61,341 bases of DNA from an uncultured Gammaproteobacteria bacterium. Lineage in GTDB: Bacteria > Patescibacteriota > Microgenomatia > UBA8517. The notes beneath the pieces were generated by a model. It saw only the letters and a program-made list of their open reading frames with translations, made no database searches and had not been told where the DNA came from. This document shows positions 37,355-46,695 of the stretch, piece by piece. How positions within the stretch are numbered: position 1 is the stretch's first letter; each line of letters starts with the position of its first letter. The DNA is taken from contig CAZSXP010000001.1 of NCBI GenBank assembly GCA_964610395.1, positions 1 through 61,341 of the forward strand. The letters run 5' to 3'. The position numbers were made by a program, and so were the translations under genes.

Positions 37355-38832
37355 CGACATTTAATCGACAGCAATCATGGCTTTCTTGGTTTTTAAGGGG
37401 AGTTTTACTCTTAGGTTTTTTTGTTTTAATAGGAAGGCTTATAGATCTTCAACTAATCAAAGGGGAGTATTACAGAAAATTATCAGAAGGAAACAGAATA
37501 GAAAGAATTAAAATTAAAGCCCCTAGAGGAAAAATATTAGCTCGTGGTGGTGAAGTTTTAAGTGGGTCTAATTTTTCTCATCTAATTGGTTATTTAGCTG
37601 AGACTAATGCCAGTGAAGTTGGGAAAATTGACCCAAAATGTATTGAAAAAGGTGCTTATAAACTAGGACAAATTGTAGGTCGTGGGGGACTTTCTGAATA
37701 TTATAATTGTCATTTGACAGGTGTTGATGGGGAAGAATTGATAGAAGTTGATAGTTTGGGTAGAAAATTAAGAGTGATTGGCACTAAAGTGCCCATCGCA
37801 GGACGCGATGTAAAAACAAATATTAATTTTGATTTACAAAATACTATTGCAACAGAGATGTCTGGAAAAAGTGGATCGGTTATTGCAACAGACAAAAATG
37901 GGGAAGTATTAGCTCTTTTTTCATCACCATCTTTTGATACAGACGATATCCCTAAAAGTTTAAATGATCCAGAACTTCCATTATTTAATAGAAGTATTGG
38001 AGGTTTATATCATCCGGGGTCAATATTTAAACCTTTAGTTGCGATAGCTGCACTAGAAGAAAAAAAGATTGATAAAGATTATAGATTTGTAGACACCGGA
38101 GTTGTAACTGTTGAAAGTATCTATGGTAACTATTCATATAGCAACTGGTATTTTACCCAATATGGTGGGGCAGAGGGTGAAATTGATTTAACAAAAGCAC
38201 TTGCTAGATCAACAGATACATTCTTCTATAAAATTGGTGAATTTGTTGGTATTGATAATCTTGTAGATTGGATGAAAAATTTTGGTTTAACTAAATTAAC
38301 AGATATTGATATTCCTGGAGAAATTATTTCTCTTACCCCATCTCCTGATTGGAAAGAAAAAGTAAAAGGAGAAAGATGGTTTTTGGGTAATACATATCAT
38401 TTTTCAATAGGACAGGGAGACCTTGCCCTAACCCCTGTTGGAATTCATAGAGCAAATCTTGTTATTTCAAATGGTGGTAAATTTTGTGACCTTAAAATTG
38501 TGGGAGAAACAAATTGTCAAAAAACAAAAATTAAAGAGGAAAATATTAATTTAGTAAAGGAAGGTATGAAAAAAGTATGTGAGGTGGGTGGAACAGGGTT
38601 TACATTTTTTGACTTTAGTGAGAAACATAATGGTATTGAAGTAGGATGTAAGACAGGAACAGCAGAAACAAATGAAGATAACAAAACTCATGCATGGTTT
38701 ACTTCCTTCGCGCCACTTGAAAATCCTGAAATAATGCTAACTGTAATGGTTGAAAAATCTGGAGAGGGAAGTAAAGTTGCAGGTCCAATTGCAAGAAATA
38801 TAATGGATGAATATTTTAAGGTCCGACCTTGA
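37342..38832 (+). CDS. mrdA: Penicillin-binding protein 2 (class B transpeptidase)
   Basis: APRGKI, PGSIFK (SxxK), STD (SxD), KTGTAE. Confidence 0.92.
   Translation: MQTLATFNRQQSWLSWFLRGVLLLGFFVLIGRLIDLQLIKGEYYRKLSEGNRIERIKIKAPRGKILARGGEVLSGSNFSHLIGYLAETNASEVGKIDPKCIEKGAYKLGQIVGRGGLSEYYNCHLTGVDGEELIEVDSLGRKLRVIGTKVPIAGRDVKTNINFDLQNTIATEMSGKSGSVIATDKNGEVLALFSSPSFDTDDIPKSLNDPELPLFNRSIGGLYHPGSIFKPLVAIAALEEKKIDKDYRFVDTGVVTVESIYGNYSYSNWYFTQYGGAEGEIDLTKALARSTDTFFYKIGEFVGIDNLVDWMKNFGLTKLTDIDIPGEIISLTPSPDWKEKVKGERWFLGNTYHFSIGQGDLALTPVGIHRANLVISNGGKFCDLKIVGETNCQKTKIKEENINLVKEGMKKVCEVGGTGFTFFDFSEKHNGIEVGCKTGTAETNEDNKTHAWFTSFAPLENPEIMLTVMVEKSGEGSKVAGPIARNIMDEYFKVRP
38818..38830. repeat. Core of REP palindrome at the mrdA 3' end
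   Basis: AAGGT-CCG-ACCTT, same core as the dnaX copy; supplies KVRP next to the stop codon. Confidence 0.65.
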
Positions 38833-38841
38833 TAGATAAAC

Positions 38842-39402
38842 ATGAATTTGTATATATTAGGAAAATTAACAGAAGCTGACAAAAGAGCTGTGGCAGTTGT
38901 TGGGTCAAGAGAAATGACTACAAGAGGAAAAGAGTTAACTCAAAAATTTGTAAAAGAATTAGTTAAAAATAAAATATCTATTATTTCAGGACTTGCAAGA
39001 GGAATAGATACTATTGCACATCAAACTGCATTAGACTCTGGAGGTCGGACAATTGCAGTAATTGGATCTGGAATTGATATAATTTATCCACCCGAAAACA
39101 AAGAATTAGCAGAAATGATATCAAAAAATGGAGCTCTTGTCTCAGGTTTTCCAAATGGAACAAAACCAATAGGAGCTAATTTTCTTGCTAGAAATCAATT
39201 AATAGTTAAATTGTCCCTTGCTGTTTTGGTGGTTGAAGGAAAAAGAAGGTCTGGTACAATCTCCACCGCTAACCATGCTGCAAATGAGATAGTTGAAGTT
39301 TTTGCAATACCAGGGTCTGAAGCCACTGATTATTTAATAGAAAATGGAGCGAGTATTGCTAATTCACCACAAGATATACTAGAGTATTTAGATAACAAAT
39401 GA
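38842..39402 (+). CDS. dprA: DNA-processing protein DprA (core domain only)
   Basis: VAVVGSR, ISGLARGID, FLARN, SGTISTA; upstream of topA. Confidence 0.93.
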   Translation: MNLYILGKLTEADKRAVAVVGSREMTTRGKELTQKFVKELVKNKISIISGLARGIDTIAHQTALDSGGRTIAVIGSGIDIIYPPENKELAEMISKNGALVSGFPNGTKPIGANFLARNQLIVKLSLAVLVVEGKRRSGTISTANHAANEIVEVFAIPGSEATDYLIENGASIANSPQDILEYLDNK

Positions 39403-41282
39403 AATTAATTATTGTTGAGTCACCGACAAAAGCCAAGACACTTTCTAAATTTTTAGGAAGTGGTTATGATGTGGATTCAACAAGAGGGCATATTAAAGAT
39501 TTACCTAAAAGTAAATTAAGTATAGATATAGAAAATAATTTTAAGCCAGATTATTTACCGCTTGAAAAGAAAAAAGATGTAATTAAAGAATTACAAAAAA
39601 AAGCTAAAAACGCTGATGAAATTTACATTGCAACAGATCCAGATAGAGAAGGAGAAGCAATTGCTTCACATGTTGCTGAAATATTATCCAAATCAAAATT
39701 GTTTAGAATTTCATTTCATGAGATAACAAAAAAGGCAGTAGAGGAAGCTATTAATCATCCTTCAGTAGTTAATCAAAACTTAGTTGATGCACAAATTGCA
39801 AGGAGAGTACTTGATCGTTTGGTAGGGTACAAACTCTCACCTCTTCTTTGGAAAAAAGTAAGAAGAGGACTTTCTGCAGGACGTGTTCAGTCTGTTGCAG
39901 TTCGATTGATTGTTGAACGCGAAATGCAAATTAAAGCCTTTAAAGCTGAAGAGTTTTGGGAAATATGGGTACAAGTAAATCAGTCAGTAAACAGCTTTAA
40001 AATACAACTTATCAAACAAGTGATCACAAACAAAGAACAGGCGGACAAGATAGTTGCAGATTTAGAGGCTGCAACTTACAAAGTAAGTGATCTCAAGAAA
40101 AGAGAAGTTAGAAAAAATCCATACCCACCATTTACAACTTCTACATTGACTCAAGCAGCAGCAAGAATGTTTGGTTGGTCCGCTAAGCGGACGATGAGTG
40201 CTGCACAAGGTCTTTATGAACAAGGTCTAATTACTTATCATCGTACCGATTCTCTTAATTTATCAGTTGATGCAGTGGCAATCGCAAGAAAATATATTGA
40301 GAAAGAGTATGGAAAAGAATATTTACCCAGTATGCCTCTGGTCTACAAAACAAAGTCAAAATCAGCTCAAGAAGCGCATGAAGCAATACGTCCTACAGAC
40401 GTCTCAATACATGGGGAAGACAAATTATATGATTTAATTAGAAGAAGATTTTTAGCTTGTCAGATGTCGCAAGCAGTATATGCAGAAACTACAATTGATG
40501 TTTCTACTGATAAATATTTGCTAAGAGCCTCAGGCCAAATAATGCAATTTGACGGCTGGAGGAAGTTATTTAACATAGACAAAGAAATAGTTTTATTGCC
40601 AGAAGTAGTAAAAGACGAGGAACTCAAAAAAGAAAAAGTTTGGGCAGATCAAAAGTTTACTTTAGCCCCAGCAAGATATAATGAAGCATCTCTAATTAAA
40701 ACTTTAGAAAAATTAGGAATTGGTAGACCTTCAACATATGCACCAATTATTTCAACAATACAATTAAGAAGTTACGTAGAGAAGAAAGAAAAAAACTTTT
40801 TTCCAACCTCGATTGGTTTTGCAGTAACTGAATTTTTAGTAAAGAATTTTGCCAATGAACTTGAATATAGTTTTACCGCAGAAATGGAAGAAGATTTAGA
40901 TAGAATTGCAGATGGCAAAATAAAATGGCAAGAGGAAATGAAAAAATTCTGGACACCATTTTCGAAGAAGTTAGAAAGTGTCGAAAAAAATTCAGAACGT
41001 GTAAAAATTGAAACTGAAAAATTAGGTAAACATTGTCCAGATTGTAAGGATGGTGAATTAGTAATTAGAACAGGAAGATTTGGAAAATTTATAAGTTGCT
41101 CACTATTTCCGGAGTGTAAACATACAGAAAAATATTTAGATAAAGTGGGAATAAAGTGTCCTCTCTGCAAAGATGGAGATGTTATAGTCAAAAAAGCAAA
41201 GAGGGGAAATTTCTTTGGATGTAGCCGTTATCCAGATTGTAAATTTGCCAGTTGGAAATTACCAAAGAAAGAGAAAGTATAG
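39399..41282 (+). CDS. topA: DNA topoisomerase I
   Basis: IVESPTKAK, ATDPDREGE, SAGRVQS, ITYHRTD, QEAHEAIRPT, zinc ribbons. Confidence 0.98.
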   Translation: MKLIIVESPTKAKTLSKFLGSGYDVDSTRGHIKDLPKSKLSIDIENNFKPDYLPLEKKKDVIKELQKKAKNADEIYIATDPDREGEAIASHVAEILSKSKLFRISFHEITKKAVEEAINHPSVVNQNLVDAQIARRVLDRLVGYKLSPLLWKKVRRGLSAGRVQSVAVRLIVEREMQIKAFKAEEFWEIWVQVNQSVNSFKIQLIKQVITNKEQADKIVADLEAATYKVSDLKKREVRKNPYPPFTTSTLTQAAARMFGWSAKRTMSAAQGLYEQGLITYHRTDSLNLSVDAVAIARKYIEKEYGKEYLPSMPLVYKTKSKSAQEAHEAIRPTDVSIHGEDKLYDLIRRRFLACQMSQAVYAETTIDVSTDKYLLRASGQIMQFDGWRKLFNIDKEIVLLPEVVKDEELKKEKVWADQKFTLAPARYNEASLIKTLEKLGIGRPSTYAPIISTIQLRSYVEKKEKNFFPTSIGFAVTEFLVKNFANELEYSFTAEMEEDLDRIADGKIKWQEEMKKFWTPFSKKLESVEKNSERVKIETEKLGKHCPDCKDGELVIRTGRFGKFISCSLFPECKHTEKYLDKVGIKCPLCKDGDVIVKKAKRGNFFGCSRYPDCKFASWKLPKKEKV

Positions 41283-41314
41283 TGTTTAAATATCAATAAT
41301 GATATTATTTATTC

Positions 41315-41653
41315 ATGTATATTGTCGAGCTTTATACATCTCCAAATGGAAAAGAGATTGTAAAAGATTCATATTTCAAATTTCCTGAAAAACAAAGAGC
41401 AAAGATATCAAAAGCTCTCTCAAACCTAAAAGAGTTTGGGATCAGTAGAGAAATACCAAATCTAAGAAAATTAAGCGGAACAAAATTGTGGGAATATAGA
41501 ATTCTTGGCAAGGATAATATAAGAATTATTTGTGCAGTAATAATAAATGGAAAGATAGTAATTCTTCATATGTTTGTTAAGAGAAGTCGGAAGACGCCAA
41601 TAAAAGAATTAAAAACAGCGATAGAACGATATAAAATCATACTTGACAAGTGA
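41315..41653 (+). CDS. RelE/HigB-like (Gp49-type) toxin
   Basis: LWEYRI, IRII, LHMFVKRSRKTPIKEL; precedes XRE antitoxin. Confidence 0.85.
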   Translation: MYIVELYTSPNGKEIVKDSYFKFPEKQRAKISKALSNLKEFGISREIPNLRKLSGTKLWEYRILGKDNIRIICAVIINGKIVILHMFVKRSRKTPIKELKTAIERYKIILDK

Positions 41654-41671
41654 TACCTTATTAGATATCAT
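41643..41671 (+). promoter_or_regulatory. Internal promoter for antitoxin (leaderless spacing) with TGATA/TATCA inverted repeat
   Basis: TTGACA-17nt-TATCAT-6nt-ATG 41678. Confidence 0.65.
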
Positions 41672-41677
41672 ACTTTT

Positions 41678-41977
41678 ATGGTTAAAAAACTCTATATGAT
41701 TAAAAACACAAATTTTGATGAATTACTACAAGAAGAATTAAAAAACCCTAAATTCAAAAAGGAATGGGATAGGCTTGAACCTGCATATCAAGCCCAAAGA
41801 GCTTTGATCAAATCCAGGATTGATGCAAAAATGTCACAAAGGCAACTAGCTAAAAAAGCAAGGACAACTCAAGCGGTAATTTCAAGAATTGAAAATATGA
41901 CAGTTAGTCCCTCAATTGGATTACTTCAAAAAATTGCAGAAGCTTTTGGGAAAAGATTAGAAATTAGATTTAGTTAA
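41678..41977 (+). CDS. XRE-family HTH antitoxin (HigA-like)
   Basis: MSQRQLAKKARTTQAVISRIE, PSIGLLQKIAEAFG. Confidence 0.9.
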   Translation: MVKKLYMIKNTNFDELLQEELKNPKFKKEWDRLEPAYQAQRALIKSRIDAKMSQRQLAKKARTTQAVISRIENMTVSPSIGLLQKIAEAFGKRLEIRFS

Positions 41978-42030
41978 TTATTAGATATTGGCCTTGACAA
42001 AAAGGAGGAAAAGTAGTGTAATAGCAAATT

Positions 42031-42282
42031 ATGTCAGCAGATAGAATAATTTGTGCGATCGACCCGACAAAAGAATGTGACTGTGCTTCAAAACCTTTTG
42101 CCATAGATATGTATAAACATGTTATAGAAGCACTTCAGGAAAAATATGAAATGAGTGAAGCAGATGCAATCGCAGAATATCAAAAGGGTGATAAATATAC
42201 ACGTGCGTTAGCTGTACCAGATGAAGTTACTAAGAATTGCAAATTTTCACCGATGGCAAAGATTTTAGTCGAAAAAGAGTGA
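42031..42282 (+). CDS. Small hypothetical protein
   Basis: ORF preceded by TTGACA(41994)-17-TGTAAT(42017). Confidence 0.6.
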   Translation: MSADRIICAIDPTKECDCASKPFAIDMYKHVIEALQEKYEMSEADAIAEYQKGDKYTRALAVPDEVTKNCKFSPMAKILVEKE

Positions 42283-42780
42283 TTATTTTTTGTAATTCAC
42301 AATTTCTGAAGAAATAAATTCAAGTTTAATTTTTGCTTTTTTAAACATTGCTTCACTTTCCTGCCCTGCATGATATTTTTTTTCAGCAACTACTTTTAGA
42401 ATTCCAGAATTAATTAAAAGCATTGCACAAGTTCTACAGGGAGTCATGCTTACATAGACAGTTGCACCATCAAGAGAAACACCACGCCTTGCAGCTTGGC
42501 AAATTGCATTTTGTTCTGCATGCACTGTTCTGACACAATGATCTGTTATCGTTCCGTCTTCATGAATTGTTTTTTTCATTTGGTGACCGACTTCATCACA
42601 ATGTGGAAAACCAATAGGTGAGCCAGCATAACCTGTTACTAGAATTTGTTTTTGCTTCACAAAAACACAAGAAGCATGACCTCTATCACACGTTCCTCTT
42701 TTAGAAACAGTTCTCATTATTTCCAAAAAGTATTCATCCCATGATGGACGAGTATCTTTAAATTTTTTCAATTTGTTCAT
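42283..42780 (-). CDS. dCMP deaminase (ComEB-like)
   Basis: RPSWDEYF, HAEQNA, PCRTC zinc motifs. Confidence 0.93.
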   Translation of the reverse strand: MNKLKKFKDTRPSWDEYFLEIMRTVSKRGTCDRGHASCVFVKQKQILVTGYAGSPIGFPHCDEVGHQMKKTIHEDGTITDHCVRTVHAEQNAICQAARRGVSLDGATVYVSMTPCRTCAMLLINSGILKVVAEKKYHAGQESEAMFKKAKIKLEFISSEIVNYKK

Positions 42781-43294
42781 ATAAATTTTCTAAACTTCCA
42801 TCATTATTAATCAAAAAATCTGCCATTTCAATACACTTAAGTAAGTTTTGTGCGTTTGGATCGGTGTCTTGCATTTCTCGTTCTTCTTGTCTTTGGAATT
42901 CTTTGAAAGACACACTGTCTTTTTCAGATTGTCTTAATTTTATTCTTTCATATCTTATTTTTTGATTTGCTGTTACTGCAAATAGTTTTCCATTATGAGA
43001 CTTAATAAATTCTGCTTCTTTTGGATTTCTAATACTTTCGATAATTGCATCATGATTTTTCGATTCAGCAATTGCAAAAAGTTTTTGAGTAATATAATTA
43101 GGTCCAAATTTTTCTCTAATTTCATTTGCAATGTCTTGCATGTTTGTTCTATCTATTTCTCTATTTTGTTTTTGGAGTTCTTCTTTTAAATAACCACTTA
43201 CTGAATAATGGTAAAAACTCTTTTTATTAACTAAATAATCTACTATAGTACCTTTGCCAGCTCCTAACGTTCCTGTAATTCCAATAATTACCAT
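42758..43294 (-). CDS. P-loop nucleotide kinase (dephospho-CoA/NMP kinase-like)
   Basis: GITGTLGAGKGT Walker A; ESIRNPKE; ADFLINNDG. Confidence 0.8.
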   Translation of the reverse strand: MVIIGITGTLGAGKGTIVDYLVNKKSFYHYSVSGYLKEELQKQNREIDRTNMQDIANEIREKFGPNYITQKLFAIAESKNHDAIIESIRNPKEAEFIKSHNGKLFAVTANQKIRYERIKLRQSEKDSVSFKEFQRQEEREMQDTDPNAQNLLKCIEMADFLINNDGSLENLYEQIEKI

Positions 43295-43323
43295 TTAATA
43301 ATTTATACTATATAATTACTAAA

Positions 43324-43624
43324 ATGAAAGTGGGAAATTTTGATGAATATCAAAAGTTTTGTAAAAAAACTGCAGTTTATCCTGTAATCGGAGAGAAATT
43401 TGTATATCCATTGATTGGTTTACAAGGTGAAGTTGGTGAAGTTTCAGAAAAGATTAAAAAGTTGTTTCGTGACGACAAAGGAAAATTAACTGATGAAAAA
43501 AGACTGGAAATAGGAAAAGAACAGACTTAATTTAAAATTTTCTGACGTTGTTTCTATGAATATTGAAAAATTATCTTCAAGAAAAGAAAGAAATGTCCTT
43601 CATGGCAGTGGTGACAATAGGTAA
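43324..43624 (+). pseudogene. MazG-like NTP pyrophosphohydrolase with internal deletion/frameshift
   Basis: GLQGEVGEVSEKIKK..EIGKE then premature stop; the C-terminus (NIEKLSSRKERNVLHGSGDNR) resumes in another frame; ELGDVLWY segment absent. Confidence 0.75.
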
Positions 43625-43659
43625 TGTACTTGACAAATGTAATGTAAAGTAATAAAGTA

Positions 43660-43968
43660 ATGAATATGACTTATACATTAGCAGTTACATCACAGGGACA
43701 AGTAAGTATTCCTGCAAAGGTTAGAAAACTTTGGGGATTATTAAATAGAGGCCAAATTACCTTTACACTTCAGGGTAAAAAAGCAATTGTTGAACCTGCA
43801 AGAGATATTCTTGATTATGTAGGATCACTAAATAAATATGCATATATAACTAAAGGCATGACTTCTGAGCAGGTGATGAAATTAGAAAAAAAGGCAATTG
43901 AGGATGGTTGGGTTGAACATTATTTAAAAAAGGAAAAAAGATCTGGAAATAAGTTATTAATAATTTAA
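43660..43968 (+). CDS. AbrB/MazE-type antitoxin (VapB-like)
   Basis: VTSQGQVSIPAKVRK; TTGACA(43630)-17-TAAAGT promoter suggests start at 43666. Confidence 0.88.
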   Translation: MNMTYTLAVTSQGQVSIPAKVRKLWGLLNRGQITFTLQGKKAIVEPARDILDYVGSLNKYAYITKGMTSEQVMKLEKKAIEDGWVEHYLKKEKRSGNKLLII

Positions 43969-43970
43969 AA

Positions 43971-44366
43971 ATGATTAAATGCTTGGCCGATACTAATATT
44001 TTTATTCGCATATTTATTCAAGATAATCCAAAACAAACATTAGAGGCACAAAAATACTTAGATCAAGCAAAAAAGGGCAAGATTAAGTTGAAAATAATTT
44101 CTGAAATAATACCTGAAATTGAGTATGTTTTACGAAAGGTTTATAAGGTTAGTAAAGACAAAATTGTAGACAACCTTTTATTAATAATGGAGGCTAGTTA
44201 TTTAGATATTGAAAATCGATCAGAGTGGACAAAATCATTAAATTTATATTTAAAAAACAATATTGATCTAATTGACTCTTTTTTATACATATCTAAATTA
44301 AAATACGATATGAAAATATTAACTTTTGATAAAGACTTTAAAAAGATTAAATTCTCATCAAAATAA
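43971..44366 (+). CDS. PIN-domain toxin (VapC-like)
   Basis: DTNIFIR, EIEYVL, DLIDS, TFDKDF acidic PIN motifs. Confidence 0.9.
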   Translation: MIKCLADTNIFIRIFIQDNPKQTLEAQKYLDQAKKGKIKLKIISEIIPEIEYVLRKVYKVSKDKIVDNLLLIMEASYLDIENRSEWTKSLNLYLKNNIDLIDSFLYISKLKYDMKILTFDKDFKKIKFSSK

Positions 44367-44410
44367 TTTCCCTCATTGTAAATACTGTCAAAAATTGATA
44401 AAAGTTTCTT

Positions 44411-45955
44411 GTGGATCAAGAACGAAGAGAATTAAAAAAAGAACAAGTAGAATTTATATTGCAAGAATATTCAAAGCTTGGAGAAAAATTTAAATCTTCA
44501 CCCAAAATTTCTTTAAAGCTCATATCTCAAACTCCAACAGGTGAATTAATAGGAGCAGAATCAGTTGCATCTTCAACCGCAATTCAATGTTATTCGCCAG
44601 GTGTTGCTTTTATGAAAAATAGAGATGATCAAAAATCACTTGAAATTGCAGAAAGTACATTGGATGCCGGACATCATACAACAAGATTACACGTTAATTA
44701 CACATTTCAAATAGTTGGAGTTACAAGATCTATAACCCATGATATATTCCATGCAACCCCTTTTTATAATTCTGAACAACAAAGCCAAAGATATGTCGAA
44801 GCAAAAGATGGAAACTATTTGACACCAAAAGATTTGACCCCAGAACAGTGTTATTTTTTTGAAGGTGCGTGTGATTTTGCAAATAAGGCCTATTTTAAGA
44901 TGCAAGAGCTTCTAAGACCCGCTGTTGAAAAAAGAGTCAGAGACATGAATCCCGTAGGAGGTTGGAAGGTTAAAACAACAAAAGACAGACTTGAAAGTAA
45001 AGCTCAAAAAATAACACAAGAAATAGCAAGGTATGTTTTACCAATTGGTCAGCATACCAACTATTTTCATACGATTAGTGAACTTCAATTATTAAGATTG
45101 TTTAGAGCGAGTAAAATGCCAAATTTTACCAATGAAGCAAAATTTGTAATAGCAGAAATGGTAAACAATGTTAAGAAATTTGATCCGTCTATTTTAAACG
45201 AGTTAGACAAACCAATTAGCAATTTTGATGAAGCAGATATGATAGCTGATGATAATGAAAAATTTGATGAATTTTTAGGCGGAAAGTTATCTAGACTTAT
45301 ATCAAGACCTGAAACTGATTTGTTTAAGCAAAAACTTGTTTATGACGCAAAGATAATGGCAGATGGATATGATGTGGGAATGTTTGATCCAATGACATCA
45401 AAATTAAGACAGACATTATTGAAGTTTGCTTCGAAATTGTCGCATGCAGGAGATTCACAGAGGCAAAGACACAGAAGAACTGCTTCCAATGTTTTTGACA
45501 TAAGTCAGGCATATAATGGCAAACATGATTTTATGTTCCCGCTTGTGATTAGAGAAAATGTTGAGACAAAATTAATTTATGAAAAGATCCTGAACCAAAT
45601 GTTTGATAATGTTGACAAAGCATTGGAAATTGGTATTCCAAGAGAATACGCGACACTGCTTATTCCAAACGCGATTAATATACGAGTTATTGAAGGAGGA
45701 GATCTTTTTGACTGGATTCATAGATGGAAACAAAGACTTTGTTATCTAGCTCAAGAAGAAATATTTTTTGTATCTCTTGATCAAGTAAAAGATTTAGAGA
45801 AAGTAATGCCAGAAATAAAACCAATGTTAATGGCACCTTGTGGTATTAGAAAAGCAGTTGGCATTTCTCCAAGATGCCCTGAAGGTAGCCGTTGGTGTGG
45901 TCAACCTGTATATAATTGGCAATTAGACGAATATGAAAAACACAGATTAATATAA
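44411..45955 (+). CDS. thyX: FAD-dependent thymidylate synthase, tandem-domain form
   Basis: GHHT, SEQQSQRY, EIARYVLP (domain 1); QRQRHR, RLCYLAQEEI (domain 2); next to tmk. Confidence 0.82.
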   Translation: MDQERRELKKEQVEFILQEYSKLGEKFKSSPKISLKLISQTPTGELIGAESVASSTAIQCYSPGVAFMKNRDDQKSLEIAESTLDAGHHTTRLHVNYTFQIVGVTRSITHDIFHATPFYNSEQQSQRYVEAKDGNYLTPKDLTPEQCYFFEGACDFANKAYFKMQELLRPAVEKRVRDMNPVGGWKVKTTKDRLESKAQKITQEIARYVLPIGQHTNYFHTISELQLLRLFRASKMPNFTNEAKFVIAEMVNNVKKFDPSILNELDKPISNFDEADMIADDNEKFDEFLGGKLSRLISRPETDLFKQKLVYDAKIMADGYDVGMFDPMTSKLRQTLLKFASKLSHAGDSQRQRHRRTASNVFDISQAYNGKHDFMFPLVIRENVETKLIYEKILNQMFDNVDKALEIGIPREYATLLIPNAINIRVIEGGDLFDWIHRWKQRLCYLAQEEIFFVSLDQVKDLEKVMPEIKPMLMAPCGIRKAVGISPRCPEGSRWCGQPVYNWQLDEYEKHRLI

Positions 45956-46002
45956 TTTCCCTCCTTGAAGTTTTTTCTCCTATGGGGTATTTTGGGCTTA
46001 CT

Positions 46003-46674
46003 ATGCAAATTGTTTCTGGTGGATTTTTAATAAATCTTGAGGGAGGGGAAGGTTCTGGAAAATCTTCTCATATTCCTTATTTAGTGAATTATTTACGAGA
46101 AAAGGGATTCAGAGTTTTTCCAACACGAGAGCCTGGTGGAACCTCGATTGGTGAACAAATTCGAGAAGTAATTCATTCACTAAAAAATGTAGAAATACAT
46201 CCACGAACAGAAACACTTTTATTTCAAGCGGCAAGAGCTCAGATAGTTGAGCAGGTAATAAAACCGAGGTTAGAAGATGGGGAAATAGTAATCTGCGATC
46301 GTTTTTTTGATTCGACGATTGCATATCAAGGATTTGGATACAATCAAGATATAACTCGTATCAATTGGCTTGTTGATTACGCGACGACGGGTGTAACCCC
46401 AGATTTGACGATTCTTTTAGATGTTGATGTAGAGGTTGGTAGAAGTCGTAAAAAACAAAGTGAAGAGTGGAACAGGATGGATGCACAAGACATAGAGTTT
46501 CATAATAGAGTACGGTCGGGATACTTAAAAATGGCGAGTGTTGATGCACGTTGGATAGTTGTAAATGCGAATAATGGAATTGAGGAAGTACAAGCAGATT
46601 TAATAAAAGAAACGACAAAAAGATTGTCGCTCATTGGTTTAATTGAAAGTGAACGAAAAGGTATTGAAAGATAA
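46003..46674 (+). CDS. tmk: Thymidylate kinase
   Basis: EGGEGSGKS, TREPGG, CDRFFDSTIAYQG. Confidence 0.97.
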   Translation: MQIVSGGFLINLEGGEGSGKSSHIPYLVNYLREKGFRVFPTREPGGTSIGEQIREVIHSLKNVEIHPRTETLLFQAARAQIVEQVIKPRLEDGEIVICDRFFDSTIAYQGFGYNQDITRINWLVDYATTGVTPDLTILLDVDVEVGRSRKKQSEEWNRMDAQDIEFHNRVRSGYLKMASVDARWIVVNANNGIEEVQADLIKETTKRLSLIGLIESERKGIER

Positions 46675-46695
46675 TATATAATACAAATACAAATT

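Noticed and set aside
38413-38426. CAGGGAGACCTTG in mrdA as another REP copy
   Set aside because: Arms do not pair fully and it encodes the conserved SIGQG motif of class B PBPs
39973-39996. AGTAAATCAGTCAGTAAACAG in topA as another tandem array
   Set aside because: Too short and irregular to separate from chance
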